Below are positions 1-8,857 of a stretch of 64,000 bases of DNA, piece by piece (position 1 is the first letter of the stretch; each line of letters opens with the position of its first letter). Made by a program: the position numbers and the translations under genes. The notes beneath the pieces are model-generated. The model saw only the letters and a program-made list of their open reading frames with translations, had not been told where the DNA came from and searched no databases. This DNA comes from a virus (Duplodnaviria > Caudoviricetes): positions 110,627 to 174,626 of the IMG/VR virus record IMGVR_UViG_3300023048_000001; one strand, written 5' to 3'.

Positions 1-60
1 AGTTAAAAAACGATGATACGCCATGGTCGATTACTCGTTATCACATTGTATCATCAAACA

Positions 61-212
61 GGCGGAGATAGAGGGAGTCGAACCCCCAAAACAATGCTTC
101 ATCTATTAGGCATGTACTTAGCCATTTTATCACTGGTTGTCTGCGCAAACTTCCAGAGGATTACACATTGCACTGACACGCATGTCAGCAGCTACCAATT
201 GCTTTTATCTCC
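61..212 (-). ncRNA. expanded tRNA-like RNA (152 nt)
   Basis: Acceptor GGAGATA/TATCTCC, D-arm AGC-AATTGGTA-GCT, T-arm GGGGG-TTCGACT-CCCTC; anticodon/variable region replaced by ~100 nt with hairpins; ends GCCU. Confidence 0.7.
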
Positions 213-283
213 ATAAAACTAAGTTCAGGGAATCGAACACCTGAAGTACGTGACACTGTACTCAGCAGCCATGCTAACAAAGA

Positions 284-359
284 TGGTGGGTTGTGCGGGA
301 TTCGAACCCGCGACCACGGGATTAAAAGTCCCATGCTCTACCAACTGAGCTAACAACCC
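284..359 (-). tRNA. tRNA-Lys(TTT)
   Basis: Canonical 76-nt cloverleaf, loop CT-TTT-AA, GGTTCGAATCC, encoded CCA. Confidence 0.95.
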
Positions 360-474
360 GAAACTATTACTACACTAATCGCGGTAGCAGCGGGACATTC
401 TTTCCTGTCCTAAGTCAAATGGATTCTCACCATTATAGTCAGTTTTAACTCAACTGGCAAACTTTTTTATATTA

Positions 475-597
475 TTCGGTTTCGTAATCAACGGTCGGGT
501 ACCGTAGGTGTAGTCGCCATCACCCCAATCTATCAATTACCACTAGCTCTAAGACTACTTTTCCGGCCCAGCGATCCACCGAAAGTTTGCTGGGTGA
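475..597 (-). ncRNA. putative structured small RNA
   Basis: ORF-free, directly downstream of promoter 603..630; stems CCCAGC/GCTGGG, GTAGTC/GACTAC, ACGGT/ACCGT. Confidence 0.45.
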
Positions 598-602
598 ATT
601 AC

Positions 603-630
603 ATTATACAGATTTGGAGTAGGTTGTCAA
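603..630 (-). promoter_or_regulatory. sigma70-type promoter
   Basis: TTGACA-N16-TATAAT. Confidence 0.8.
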
Positions 631-633
631 CAC

Positions 634-828
634 TTACCAGAAGAACAAACCCATCACGACGCCCAGCGGTGCAACAACGATGCCGATGGCACGCAGAGCC
701 AGTTCACCACCGATATCCGACAGTTGAGCCAGTGCAATGATACCCGTGATTGCCTTGACGGCGTTGATCCCCCAACCAAGCGCGGCGACGATCCAGAGGA
801 TGAAGTAGAGAATTCCGATTTTGAACAT
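634..828 (-). CDS. small membrane protein
   Basis: 64 aa, two hydrophobic helices; own promoter TTTACA-N17-TATAAT at 857..885. Confidence 0.7.
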   Translation of the reverse strand: MFKIGILYFILWIVAALGWGINAVKAITGIIALAQLSDIGGELALRAIGIVVAPLGVVMGLFFW

Positions 829-888
829 GTTGGTGAATCCTTGTTGGTATAATGCAATTATACAGACTTTAAAACAGGTTGTAAAGCT

Positions 889-1773
889 TTACATCTTGCC
901 ATAGTTACTCGTTTTGAACTTGTCGCGAAGCTCAATAATCTCCACATAACGACTGTATCGACGCCACGGCAGTTTCAACATACGAATGAGATTTTCGAAA
1001 TTCCTGTTATGGTCTTTCACCTTGCGGGAATTGACTTCGTTACTGGAAATCAGGTCACGGCGAGCTACCGGATTCTTAATAGCATGTTCCACAAAACTCT
1101 GTGCGAATGCCATATGTTCTTCCTGCATTTCCCATGTCTGAGCAATGTCAAACATGCGGAATTCCACTGTCTCATAGCAACGGCGATAAGCAATGGGACC
1201 AGCCTTCATGCTTTCAGCCTGCGACGATGTATATACGTCACTGGATTTTTGTCGGGTGTTTAGTAGCCCATGATACGAGTCAGATGGGCTACAGAATGCA
1301 AACATGGCTTCAGGATGATTGAGCATCAGTTGGCGAACCTTCTGCGCTTCGGATGAATCCTTGATGCCGATGTGTACGTGACCACCACTGCCGCACTGTT
1401 CTTCCACCCAGCGGATAAGGCCTAGGTCTTCACAGAGGCCATCGACCTTGTGATAGAACTCGTTGAGCTGATCCCAGCCAGTCAGGATAGCACTGGACAC
1501 TTCCACACATCCGGGATCATACCCGAAGGCATTGAGAATATGCATGTTGTCCCGTTCGAACTTAGGCAGTAAAGCTTCCCGCACGGCTTCGTAGTGAGCT
1601 TCAGCAGGCTCACGAAACTGCGAAATAATGTAACGCCTGTTATCGTACTTGTCATGCGGAAAATACTTGTCCGCAGTTGCCTTGATATGCGGTGGCACCG
1701 TTTCGTCAAATTCCCACGGACGCAGACGGGTAAGCTCAACGCCAGCGGTGCGGTGCCATTCGATATTCTTCAC
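889..1773 (-). CDS. putative amidoligase (COOH-NH2 ligase-like)
   Basis: Motifs VEVSS, GSGGHVHIG, TVEFRMF typical of phage amidoligase_2; own promoter at 1803..1830. Confidence 0.65.
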   Translation of the reverse strand: MKNIEWHRTAGVELTRLRPWEFDETVPPHIKATADKYFPHDKYDNRRYIISQFREPAEAHYEAVREALLPKFERDNMHILNAFGYDPGCVEVSSAILTGWDQLNEFYHKVDGLCEDLGLIRWVEEQCGSGGHVHIGIKDSSEAQKVRQLMLNHPEAMFAFCSPSDSYHGLLNTRQKSSDVYTSSQAESMKAGPIAYRRCYETVEFRMFDIAQTWEMQEEHMAFAQSFVEHAIKNPVARRDLISSNEVNSRKVKDHNRNFENLIRMLKLPWRRYSRYVEIIELRDKFKTSNYGKM

Positions 1774-1802
1774 GGGAAGTTACCTGTTTGTTGATGATTT
1801 AC

Positions 1803-1830
1803 ATTATACAGAAACGAGAATTGGTGTCAA
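1803..1830 (-). promoter_or_regulatory. sigma70-type promoter
   Basis: AAAAGTG-TTGACA-N16-TATAAT. Confidence 0.8.
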
Positions 1831-1846
1831 CACTTTTCTATAAAAG

Positions 1847-1871
1847 AAAAGCCCTCACTAGGAGGGCTTTC
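1847..1871 (-). terminator. intrinsic terminator
   Basis: AAAGCCCTC-CTAGT-GAGGGCTTT hairpin plus U tract. Confidence 0.75.
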
Positions 1872-1894
1872 GTTTGTTCAGCCGATGATTCGAC

Positions 1895-2113
1895 TTAGAG
1901 CGTGATGTGACGCATCTGGCCGTTCGGACCTTCGACAACCACGAAATTCTTGCCGTCCTTTTCCTTGACCACTGCCGGGACGCCGTACTTGATGGCATTT
2001 GCCATGCTGGTGTAATTCTTCGCGGCGGACACGTCGAGCGGACTACGGCCGGTCATGCGATTGGTGTCATTGAAACGGGCAGCGGACAGGATGCGGAAGT
2101 TGGCGGTGGACAT
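1895..2113 (-). CDS. hypothetical protein
   Basis: 72 aa, AAGGAA RBS, own promoter and terminator. Confidence 0.75.
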   Translation of the reverse strand: MSTANFRILSAARFNDTNRMTGRSPLDVSAAKNYTSMANAIKYGVPAVVKEKDGKNFVVVEGPNGQMRHITL

Positions 2114-2146
2114 GTGGTGTGTTCCTTGTTGGTTGGTGTGTAAGTA

Positions 2147-2175
2147 ATTCTAAAAGAATTGAACTAGGCTGTCAA
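2147..2175 (-). promoter_or_regulatory. sigma70-type promoter
   Basis: AAAAGTG-TTGACA-N17-TAGAAT. Confidence 0.8.
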
Positions 2176-2189
2176 CACTTTTCTTGAAA

Positions 2190-2540
2190 TTAATTTAGAG
2201 CTTTCACCAGCAGGTGCAGACTCTTGAGATACGTGACGGCATCGCCTTCACTGTATGCATGGACCAGATCGTTACGTTTAGTAACGTTATCCTCGGTGAC
2301 GATGCCACGGACCTTGCAGGCCGTCCAATCGATTTCGATAACACGCTTGCGCCAGCCGATGGTGATGATACCGAAGTCAGTCACCGCAGCGAACCACGGG
2401 CTTTCAACTAGATCGGTGTAATAGCGCGGATCACGAGGCCAATACTGGTTGATCATTTCGAACATGTGACTGACCTTGATGTCAGCCAGCATGAACAGTG
2501 CAGCAGCTTTGTGATGGTCAAACGGACGCAGTGCTGGCAT
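2190..2540 (-). CDS. hypothetical protein
   Basis: 116 aa, AGGAG RBS, upstream TTGACA promoter. Confidence 0.75.
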   Translation of the reverse strand: MPALRPFDHHKAAALFMLADIKVSHMFEMINQYWPRDPRYYTDLVESPWFAAVTDFGIITIGWRKRVIEIDWTACKVRGIVTEDNVTKRNDLVHAYSEGDAVTYLKSLHLLVKALN

Positions 2541-2587
2541 GTGTTGCTCCTGAATATGTTTATAGCTTACTGAATTCTTTTAAGATG

Positions 2588-3442
2588 TCAAGCAACTTGT
2601 GCAAGCATTTCCACTTTCAAAGGGACGAAGTTAACCGTTTCGTCAAGCATATCGAATTCGCTGGGGTAGATGGGATTGCGACCGATGCGCATGGTGCGGA
2701 CACGACCATCCGCGTCACCGTAATAGTTGTCAACCTTGGCAACGGTAGAGGTAATGATAGCTTCCAGCTTGTCCGTATCAAACGTGATGGACAGTGTGTC
2801 ACCAAAGTCAACATGACGACTATGGCTCTTAATGGCGATCATATTCATTTCCATGAACTGGATAAGGTCACTATTGGAATGCTTGCCATAACGAGCCTGC
2901 GCACGATTCCAGCCACGGAATGACCAGATAAGTGCAGACTGAATAGCACCCATCTTCTTTTCGAATTCTTCCTGCTTACTCACGTCGAACGTCCACGTAT
3001 CGGTACGCCAGTCATGCTTGGACAGGGCACGACGAATGGTCGTATAGCAATACCTATGGAAGTCACGCACCAGTGCACGCAGGATAGGATCATCCGGGAG
3101 TGGTTCATCGCACGGCTCGACCTTCCATTCACGTTGTTCAAGAAAGTTGTAGAAATCCGTATAGATGGTTTCCAGCATGTAATCACGGGAATGGTACTGA
3201 TTCCACATACGCTTACCACAGCGAAACAGGAATGCGGCTCCAAAGGCCATCATTTCATCTTCAATGCTGTCCTTGTCATCTTCATGATGTTCGTACACAT
3301 CATGGCACACCACATGCGGAGAATGGCACGGATCGAAGTGCGGACGATTCTCTATGCGCCAGCCACCGCTAGGACCAAAGAAATGACCATTGGTGATTTC
3401 AGCATAAACAAACTTGCGGGTCTGGATCGTCATAGGATTCAT
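2588..3442 (-). CDS. hypothetical protein (possible metal-binding HDxxEH motif)
   Basis: 284 aa ORF with RBS and promoter; CHDVYEHH. Confidence 0.75.
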   Translation of the reverse strand: MNPMTIQTRKFVYAEITNGHFFGPSGGWRIENRPHFDPCHSPHVVCHDVYEHHEDDKDSIEDEMMAFGAAFLFRCGKRMWNQYHSRDYMLETIYTDFYNFLEQREWKVEPCDEPLPDDPILRALVRDFHRYCYTTIRRALSKHDWRTDTWTFDVSKQEEFEKKMGAIQSALIWSFRGWNRAQARYGKHSNSDLIQFMEMNMIAIKSHSRHVDFGDTLSITFDTDKLEAIITSTVAKVDNYYGDADGRVRTMRIGRNPIYPSEFDMLDETVNFVPLKVEMLAQVA

Positions 3443-3538
3443 TCCTGTGGTGTGTTGATGGATTTAATTATACACACCACCATCACTGATGCAAGTCCTT
3501 TTAAGAATGAAATTGAGGTTTTATTTTACACAAACGTA

Positions 3539-3640
3539 TTGACTGATTTCGATTTCTATTATAAAATAGGATGGAGGCTGGAAGACTAGCCTCCCGAAAC
3601 TGAACAAATAAAAAGCCCCGACCAACGTGGCCGAGGCTTT
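3539..3640 (+). promoter_or_regulatory. promoter plus short hairpin transcript sharing the module left-site motif
   Basis: TTGACT-N17-TAAAAT, then AGGATGGAGGCTGG-AAGA-CTAGCCTCC hairpin and a terminator-like stem. Confidence 0.55.
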
Positions 3641-3868
3641 GTGTATCATTCAAGTTTGTATCATCTAAGTGTTAATCAATTCTCAATATGGTTGTGAGCG
3701 GATTACATATAGATACCCTCGTTCATGATTTGATGTTACTGACAATGTTGCGTCTGAGGTTACATCTTACGGCACCACCAACACTTTGTAAAGCTTTTAT
3801 TACGTCTTGTTCTTGTGACGCATGTACAGGATGAACGCCACCGTTAGCACGAGCAGAATGACCACGAC

Positions 3869-4234
3869 TTACTCCTTCAGGTTGGAAACGCCAGTCCACG
3901 GAATTACACTGGCATCGGTCAGGTTGAACACGTTACCACGAGCGAAGTTCTTGGCCGGAGCCGACCAGCTTGACGCCTTGAGGATGTCACCACGCTTGAA
4001 GTAGACACCCTTATCCGACTTGACGGTATTGTCTTCCTTCACGATGAAACCGAAAGCCGAACCCGTCTTCTCGACAAGCACACCATTGCGGGTATCCATG
4101 GAGACGAGACGCACCAGCTTATCACCTTCAAGATACATGATGCACTTTCCGAAGCCATGCTCATTGCCACCGAACTTATTGAAGTCACGGGTGACGAGGG
4201 TGTTGATCAGAGGAAGGGTATCTTCGATATTCAA
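3869..4234 (-). CDS. conserved phage hypothetical protein
   Basis: GDILKASSWSAPAKNFARGNVF motif resembles a T4-like phage family; promoter TTGACA-N17-TATAAT at 4264..4292. Confidence 0.75.
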   Translation of the reverse strand: MNIEDTLPLINTLVTRDFNKFGGNEHGFGKCIMYLEGDKLVRLVSMDTRNGVLVEKTGSAFGFIVKEDNTVKSDKGVYFKRGDILKASSWSAPAKNFARGNVFNLTDASVIPWTGVSNLKE

Positions 4235-4670
4235 TGTGGTGTATCCCTTGAGTTGATGGAAGAATTATATAACGTAATTCAGATGGTGTCAACATGTTTC
4301 GGCATATTTCTACATGCTTCTAGTGCTTCTACCATCTGACGCAAAATATGGGCTACCTGTGTACCAGTGTACTCGTTTTTACCACTCTCAATCGACTGTG
4401 CAATGGTTTCAACATTGACAGCCCTTCCACCTTCACGAATGATCATAATGATTCCTCTATGTGAAGGTAGTGTATGCAATCTCACATCTTTAAAACAAGA
4501 TGCGGTGCAACAATCATTAGTGGGAACGGATGTAAGGAATAGCCACAATGCCCACTACAACGATGATGTACAGGACAGCGCTAAAGAAGTTCGAAAGTGA
4601 CATGAGTCTATCTCCGTGGTGTGGAATCATTATATTTAAGATGATCCAGCATGTCAACACTTTGAGCATA

Positions 4671-4698
4671 AAAAAAGCCCCCAATGTGGGGGCTTTTG
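4671..4698 (-). terminator. bidirectional intrinsic terminator
   Basis: AAAAGCCCCCA-ATG-TGGGGGCTTTT. Confidence 0.8.
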
Positions 4699-4716
4699 AG
4701 TATTACATGACTTGGA

Positions 4717-5103
4717 TCAGGCCAGCGAGGCGGACACCGAACGCGTGAACTTGAGGGCATCATTCGAATGAAGCTCGATGATATTCGCGGCCTTGCCACG
4801 GCTACCCGGATTCGCCTTGAGTTCACCGACCTTCTTGACGATGCCGTATTTGAGCATCATGGAAAGGTGCGGACCTTCCAGCGGGACGCCATTGAGCAGG
4901 ACACCGGCGATCAGTTCACCCGTGGTACCGCTGATGACTTCATTCTGCGCCGTGGCGGCAGCAGCCTTGGGAGCCTTCGGTGCGGACTTCTTGGCAGCAG
5001 GTGCAGCAGCTTTCTTCTCGACGGGCTTCTTTGCCGGAGCAGCCTTGACATTCTTGACGGTGGACTTGGGAGCGGCAGCGGCGGTCTTCGTGGACTTCGA
5101 CAT
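4717..5103 (-). CDS. Lys/Ala-rich histone-H1-like DNA-binding protein
   Basis: N-terminal AAPAKK/KAPKAAAA repeats plus a globular C-terminus; GAGGA RBS before MSKSTK; own promoter. Confidence 0.6.
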   Translation of the reverse strand: MSKSTKTAAAAPKSTVKNVKAAPAKKPVEKKAAAPAAKKSAPKAPKAAAATAQNEVISGTTGELIAGVLLNGVPLEGPHLSMMLKYGIVKKVGELKANPGSRGKAANIIELHSNDALKFTRSVSASLA

Positions 5104-5213
5104 GGTGTGATCCTCAGGTTTGTTGTTGGTGGACTGGTTTGCTTCCCAGTGATTAAAAGTATACTCCACTCTAAAAGATTGTCAACACTTTTTTAGAATG
5201 GAATGAACTTTTT

Positions 5214-5927
5214 TTACAACCCCTTGAATTCTTTGGGCATAAGCTTGACATTGCCAATGCTCAGGGATTCAAAGTTATTCTCATTGAACGCTAAGTTCTT
5301 GATTTGCGTGGTCTTTGGTAGCTTTTCCTTGATGGCATTGCTGATGATGACAGGAATACCACTGTTTACAGGCTTGACTTGAGCCGCTTCGATCACGTTA
5401 CGGGATACTTCAATGATGTTGAGCATGATAGAGCCAACCATGGGCAGACCCGTTTCCTTATCTAGTACAGGATAGCTCTGCTTGTCATCCTTGTTGACTT
5501 CGGTAACAAAATTGATCTTGACACCGTTGGTCAGTGTGAGGTAGTTACGATCATTGCTGGCACGACGATTGTCGTCACGATCACCATCCAAGGTTTTCTT
5601 GAGTGAGGCAATCTCAACCGACTTTCGATCTTCGAAGGCCTTGTTCAGATCAGCCACGCTCAAACCCTTGATCTTTTCAGATTCTTTGAGGATATCCATG
5701 ATATCGCCCAACGTGAGGGCTTCGATTGCCTCAATCCTGCGCTCATAGAGCTTCGCAGTAGAGAATCGTGAAATGAAGTTGATATCGGCCTTATAGCCGG
5801 AACTAGCCACATATCCCTTGACAGTAGCGAATCCGCCACCGTTGGAATCCATGAGGCTTTCCAGTGCAGCGGCCTGACGTGCTGCCGCAATGAACTTTTG
5901 ACCGTTATTTTCGATGATGACGCGCAT
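5214..5927 (-). CDS. hypothetical protein
   Basis: 237 aa, RBS, promoter TTGACA-N17-TAGAAT at 5952..5980. Confidence 0.8.
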   Translation of the reverse strand: MRVIIENNGQKFIAAARQAAALESLMDSNGGGFATVKGYVASSGYKADINFISRFSTAKLYERRIEAIEALTLGDIMDILKESEKIKGLSVADLNKAFEDRKSVEIASLKKTLDGDRDDNRRASNDRNYLTLTNGVKINFVTEVNKDDKQSYPVLDKETGLPMVGSIMLNIIEVSRNVIEAAQVKPVNSGIPVIISNAIKEKLPKTTQIKNLAFNENNFESLSIGNVKLMPKEFKGL

Positions 5928-6090
5928 ACGGGTGTTCCTTATTATAGTTTCATTCTAAAGGGAAATGGATCAAGTGTCAAGAGGTTTGTGTATGAAGGTC
6001 ATACACGAAAATTTGATTATCTGTTTGGTACCTTATCAACATAGCAAAAAGGGCAGCGGTTTCCCGCCACCCTTCATACTTGATCGGAGC

Positions 6091-6696
6091 TTAGTTCTTT
6101 TCGTGCTTATACTTGCTGTAATACACGTTTGCAGTCTGCAACGGCATACCCAATTCCTTTTCCATGCGCGCCAGCGTATGGGCACGTACACGACCAGCGT
6201 TCACGTCTTCCGTATAGATGGCCTTGCCAAGCTGGTAATTGCTGCCGGACGAAGGGGAACGGGTGGCCTTCGGCTTGCGCTCGACAGAAGCGATGATTTC
6301 ACCATCTTCACCGATGACCGGAGTTTCGTCTTCCTCTTCGTCACCTTCAGCCACAATTTCAATGGGACGATACTTGAGAGCTTCCGGGTAGACATCGCTA
6401 TCGCTGTTCTGCCATTCCTGCCAGATGATGGCCTCGGCTTTCATCTTTTCGAAATGCTCAGCGCCGAACGTTGCGTTGAGGTCGAACTTCTGGTCAGCGT
6501 GGGTCAGGTGGGTAATGGCACGCTGTAGGGTCAGTACGGACAGGTGATCGTTCCCCAGCACGTCATGGGACACGTCCGGGAACATACGGCGAAGCTGATT
6601 GATGGCAGCAGTGTGTGCAGCGTCCTGCGGGGTGTTGGCGTAGGTGTAGCCTTCGAAGTCGGAATCATTGAGGGCAAATGCGAGAGCAGAATTCAT
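6091..6696 (-). CDS. hypothetical protein, C-terminal helical DNA-binding-like domain
   Basis: 201 aa; EKELGMPLQTANVYYSK resembles MKELELTEEVAQVYFYN in 60389..61132. Confidence 0.7.
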   Translation of the reverse strand: MNSALAFALNDSDFEGYTYANTPQDAAHTAAINQLRRMFPDVSHDVLGNDHLSVLTLQRAITHLTHADQKFDLNATFGAEHFEKMKAEAIIWQEWQNSDSDVYPEALKYRPIEIVAEGDEEEDETPVIGEDGEIIASVERKPKATRSPSSGSNYQLGKAIYTEDVNAGRVRAHTLARMEKELGMPLQTANVYYSKYKHEKN

Positions 6697-6777
6697 TATT
6701 ATGTAATCCGTTTAGTTATGTGGTGTTGGTGTGAAGAGAACTGTAATGGGCGTGTTACACCCTGTCAACAACTTTTT

Positions 6778-7272
6778 CTACTTTTCTTCACTTTCGTTAG
6801 TAATGGTGTTGGAACACAGATCACGAATCCCGTCAAGCGCCAGCGAATCCCGGAAGTTCGCCAGATTGATGTCACGAGCGCATTCATTACAATAGTGGGC
6901 ACGGGTGCTTCGGTTGAACCAATAGGCTCCCGGAGCCAGACAGGCAGAACGGTTGCACAAGCCACCACGTTCACCTTTAACCTTTGAAAGCTGGGTAAGG
7001 GTGTTGATGTGTTCGCGTTCGAACTGGCGGTGTTGCTTGTTGATCAGAAATGCATGATCGATCACGCTGGGGAAGTTGTTAGGGGAGTAGTTATGTTGCG
7101 TGAGCCAGTTTTCGATAAGTGCAGAGCACTTTTGATTATTCGTTTCGTAGAACAGTTCAGGCCAAGGTTTGGCAATGTACATATTCACGAAACGCTGCCC
7201 CATGCGTTGCTTATCGTGTGCTTCTTTGCGGTAGTGATAATCGTAGAACTCGATAAGTAAGCTGATGGTCAT
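6778..7272 (-). CDS. hypothetical Zn-finger protein
   Basis: CNRSAC...YCNECA motif. Confidence 0.7.
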   Translation of the reverse strand: MTISLLIEFYDYHYRKEAHDKQRMGQRFVNMYIAKPWPELFYETNNQKCSALIENWLTQHNYSPNNFPSVIDHAFLINKQHRQFEREHINTLTQLSKVKGERGGLCNRSACLAPGAYWFNRSTRAHYCNECARDINLANFRDSLALDGIRDLCSNTITNESEEK

Positions 7273-7387
7273 TTGCCCTATCCCTCGTTTGAGTATGTGA
7301 AGAGTGTAAAGGGTGATTCACACATGTCAATAGGCTGTGTAACATTTGTGATGCTCTTTTTCGGTGGGGGTTTTGTTTCATTGATAC

Positions 7388-7466
7388 CTTCAAAGATTGT
7401 GAGGGTAGTTCTCCAGCCACAACCTATTTTACCATATGGAACCTGAATGTAGCCTGAACAATCAAT
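7388..7466. repeat. module left site, copy 1
   Basis: CTTCAAAG-N17-CCAGCCACAACCTATTTTA...CTGAATGTAGCCTGAACA; same spacing at 11327..11406, core at 15951..15996. Confidence 0.85.
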
Positions 7467-7546
7467 TGAATATAATGGTTGACAGGTGGGTTACGTTTTA
7501 GTAGTCTGGATGGATGTGATATCGACCAAGGGAGGTCCGAACCTGA

Positions 7547-7945
7547 ATGGTTTGTAAAGTTATCGTTAAGCCATTGTTAGCTGTTGAGCAACCGGTCATT
7601 GACCAGTTTCGTCTACACAATCATGGCTATGAAGAAGGTAGGATGCTGGAAGCCATTGACTTTGCTTACAATGAAAGGAACCTTGGCGAGGATGACAATA
7701 GAGTATACCGGGCAGTGACCGCTGGTTACATTCTGGATGATGGTGAGTTACATTCATGGGGTCTGATATACGAGTTGTATGAGTCCCGTGGGGTGTATTC
7801 CTATCACATGGATGTATACACGGTACCCAAGGCCAGAGGGATGGGTTACGGTACACTGATAGTGAAGACCCTCAAGCAATTACATGATGGCTACATCTAT
7901 ACGTACAAGGCACATTCTTCGATCTACACCAGACTAGGGATGTAA
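7547..7945 (+). CDS. GNAT-family acetyltransferase
   Basis: Acetyl-CoA motif A VYTVPKARGMGYGT; GGAGG RBS. Confidence 0.8.
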   Translation: MVCKVIVKPLLAVEQPVIDQFRLHNHGYEEGRMLEAIDFAYNERNLGEDDNRVYRAVTAGYILDDGELHSWGLIYELYESRGVYSYHMDVYTVPKARGMGYGTLIVKTLKQLHDGYIYTYKAHSSIYTRLGM

Positions 7946-7972
7946 TTAAGTCCTTACGCTTGCGTAACCATA
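7944..7972. repeat. module right site, copy 1 (palindrome)
   Basis: TAAGTCCTTACGCTTGCGTAA identical at 11881 and 16518; TTACGC-TT-GCGTAA inverted repeat. Confidence 0.9.
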
Positions 7973-7996
7973 AAGGCCCCTACAGGGGCCTTTGTT

Positions 7997-8356
7997 TTAT
8001 GCGAGGATTGAGAGTGGATGAGTCTCGACTTCTACCGCATTGTTGAATTTAAATGCCACTTGTCCAATGGACACTGGTTCAACTATCTTAATCTTAAAGA
8101 TTTTAACAACATAGCCATACTTCTGCAACAGTTCAATCATCCCCTGATTGAACCATGTACGTAATGCTTCCATGCTATCACATCCAAAGTGATATTCAGG
8201 AGCAATCAACCTATGTGGTGGTGCTGGATGAGAGTCAGCCTTAAGGTGTTCATGGATGATATCGCAATACGCTGCATCATCACTATAACTCATATCTAGG
8301 CCCTTCATGGAGAACGGACCCACACCGGACGGAGTTTCAACACGGTAGACAAGCAT
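7997..8356 (-). CDS. hypothetical protein, YRxE..GxGPF paralog family
   Basis: Similar to 25505..25825 and 26116..26481. Confidence 0.75.
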   Translation of the reverse strand: MLVYRVETPSGVGPFSMKGLDMSYSDDAAYCDIIHEHLKADSHPAPPHRLIAPEYHFGCDSMEALRTWFNQGMIELLQKYGYVVKIFKIKIVEPVSIGQVAFKFNNAVEVETHPLSILA

Positions 8357-8370
8357 GGGTCCAATAATCC

Positions 8371-8667
8371 TTAAGCAGCCGTGGCAACAGTCTTGGCAGC
8401 AATCTTACGGGCAGTAGCCTCGTTGGTGCGACGGATGGCACGGTTCAGTGCATCACGCAGAGCGGTGGCACGCTTGACGTTGGTGACCAGCGTCAGCGGA
8501 CCCGTACCCTGACTATAAGCATTGATTCCGGCTTCTGCAAGAATCTGTGCAACTTCGTTACGCGACTGGATGGTGCCCTCGTAGGTACGAGCCTCAGCCT
8601 GCGAATCGAACAGCTTGCCGTCAGAGGTTTCGAACTTGGTAACAGCCTTGATGGAGGTAATAGCCAT
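8371..8667 (-). CDS. hypothetical protein
   Basis: 98 aa, FETSDGKLFDSQAEA motif, RBS. Confidence 0.75.
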   Translation of the reverse strand: MAITSIKAVTKFETSDGKLFDSQAEARTYEGTIQSRNEVAQILAEAGINAYSQGTGPLTLVTNVKRATALRDALNRAIRRTNEATARKIAAKTVATAA

Positions 8668-8699
8668 GGTGTTATGTCCTGTTAAATAGTGTGTTTGAT

Positions 8700-8845
8700 G
8701 ATGTAGAAAATGGCAAAACCTTGGAAAATCAGGTAAATAACCATTAAAAATTGATAAAAACGCTTAAAAATCAACGATTTAGGGTCATTTTCAGCGTATT
8801 TTGGCATCGAAAAGGCCAAAAACAACCCCAAAAACCCGAAAATTA
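8700..8845. other. phased A/T-tract (intrinsically curved DNA)
   Basis: About 14 A or T tracts at ~10-bp period in an ORF-free gap. Confidence 0.65.
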
Positions 8846-8857
8846 TGATCAATGTGG

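Noticed and set aside
61-212. tmRNA
   Set aside because: Only 152 nt, no G3-U70 alanine identity and no tag reading frame.
223-246. Isolated T-loop hairpins (also 60341..60366)
   Set aside because: GTGTTCRATTCC hairpins without a convincing acceptor or D-arm context; too short to call.
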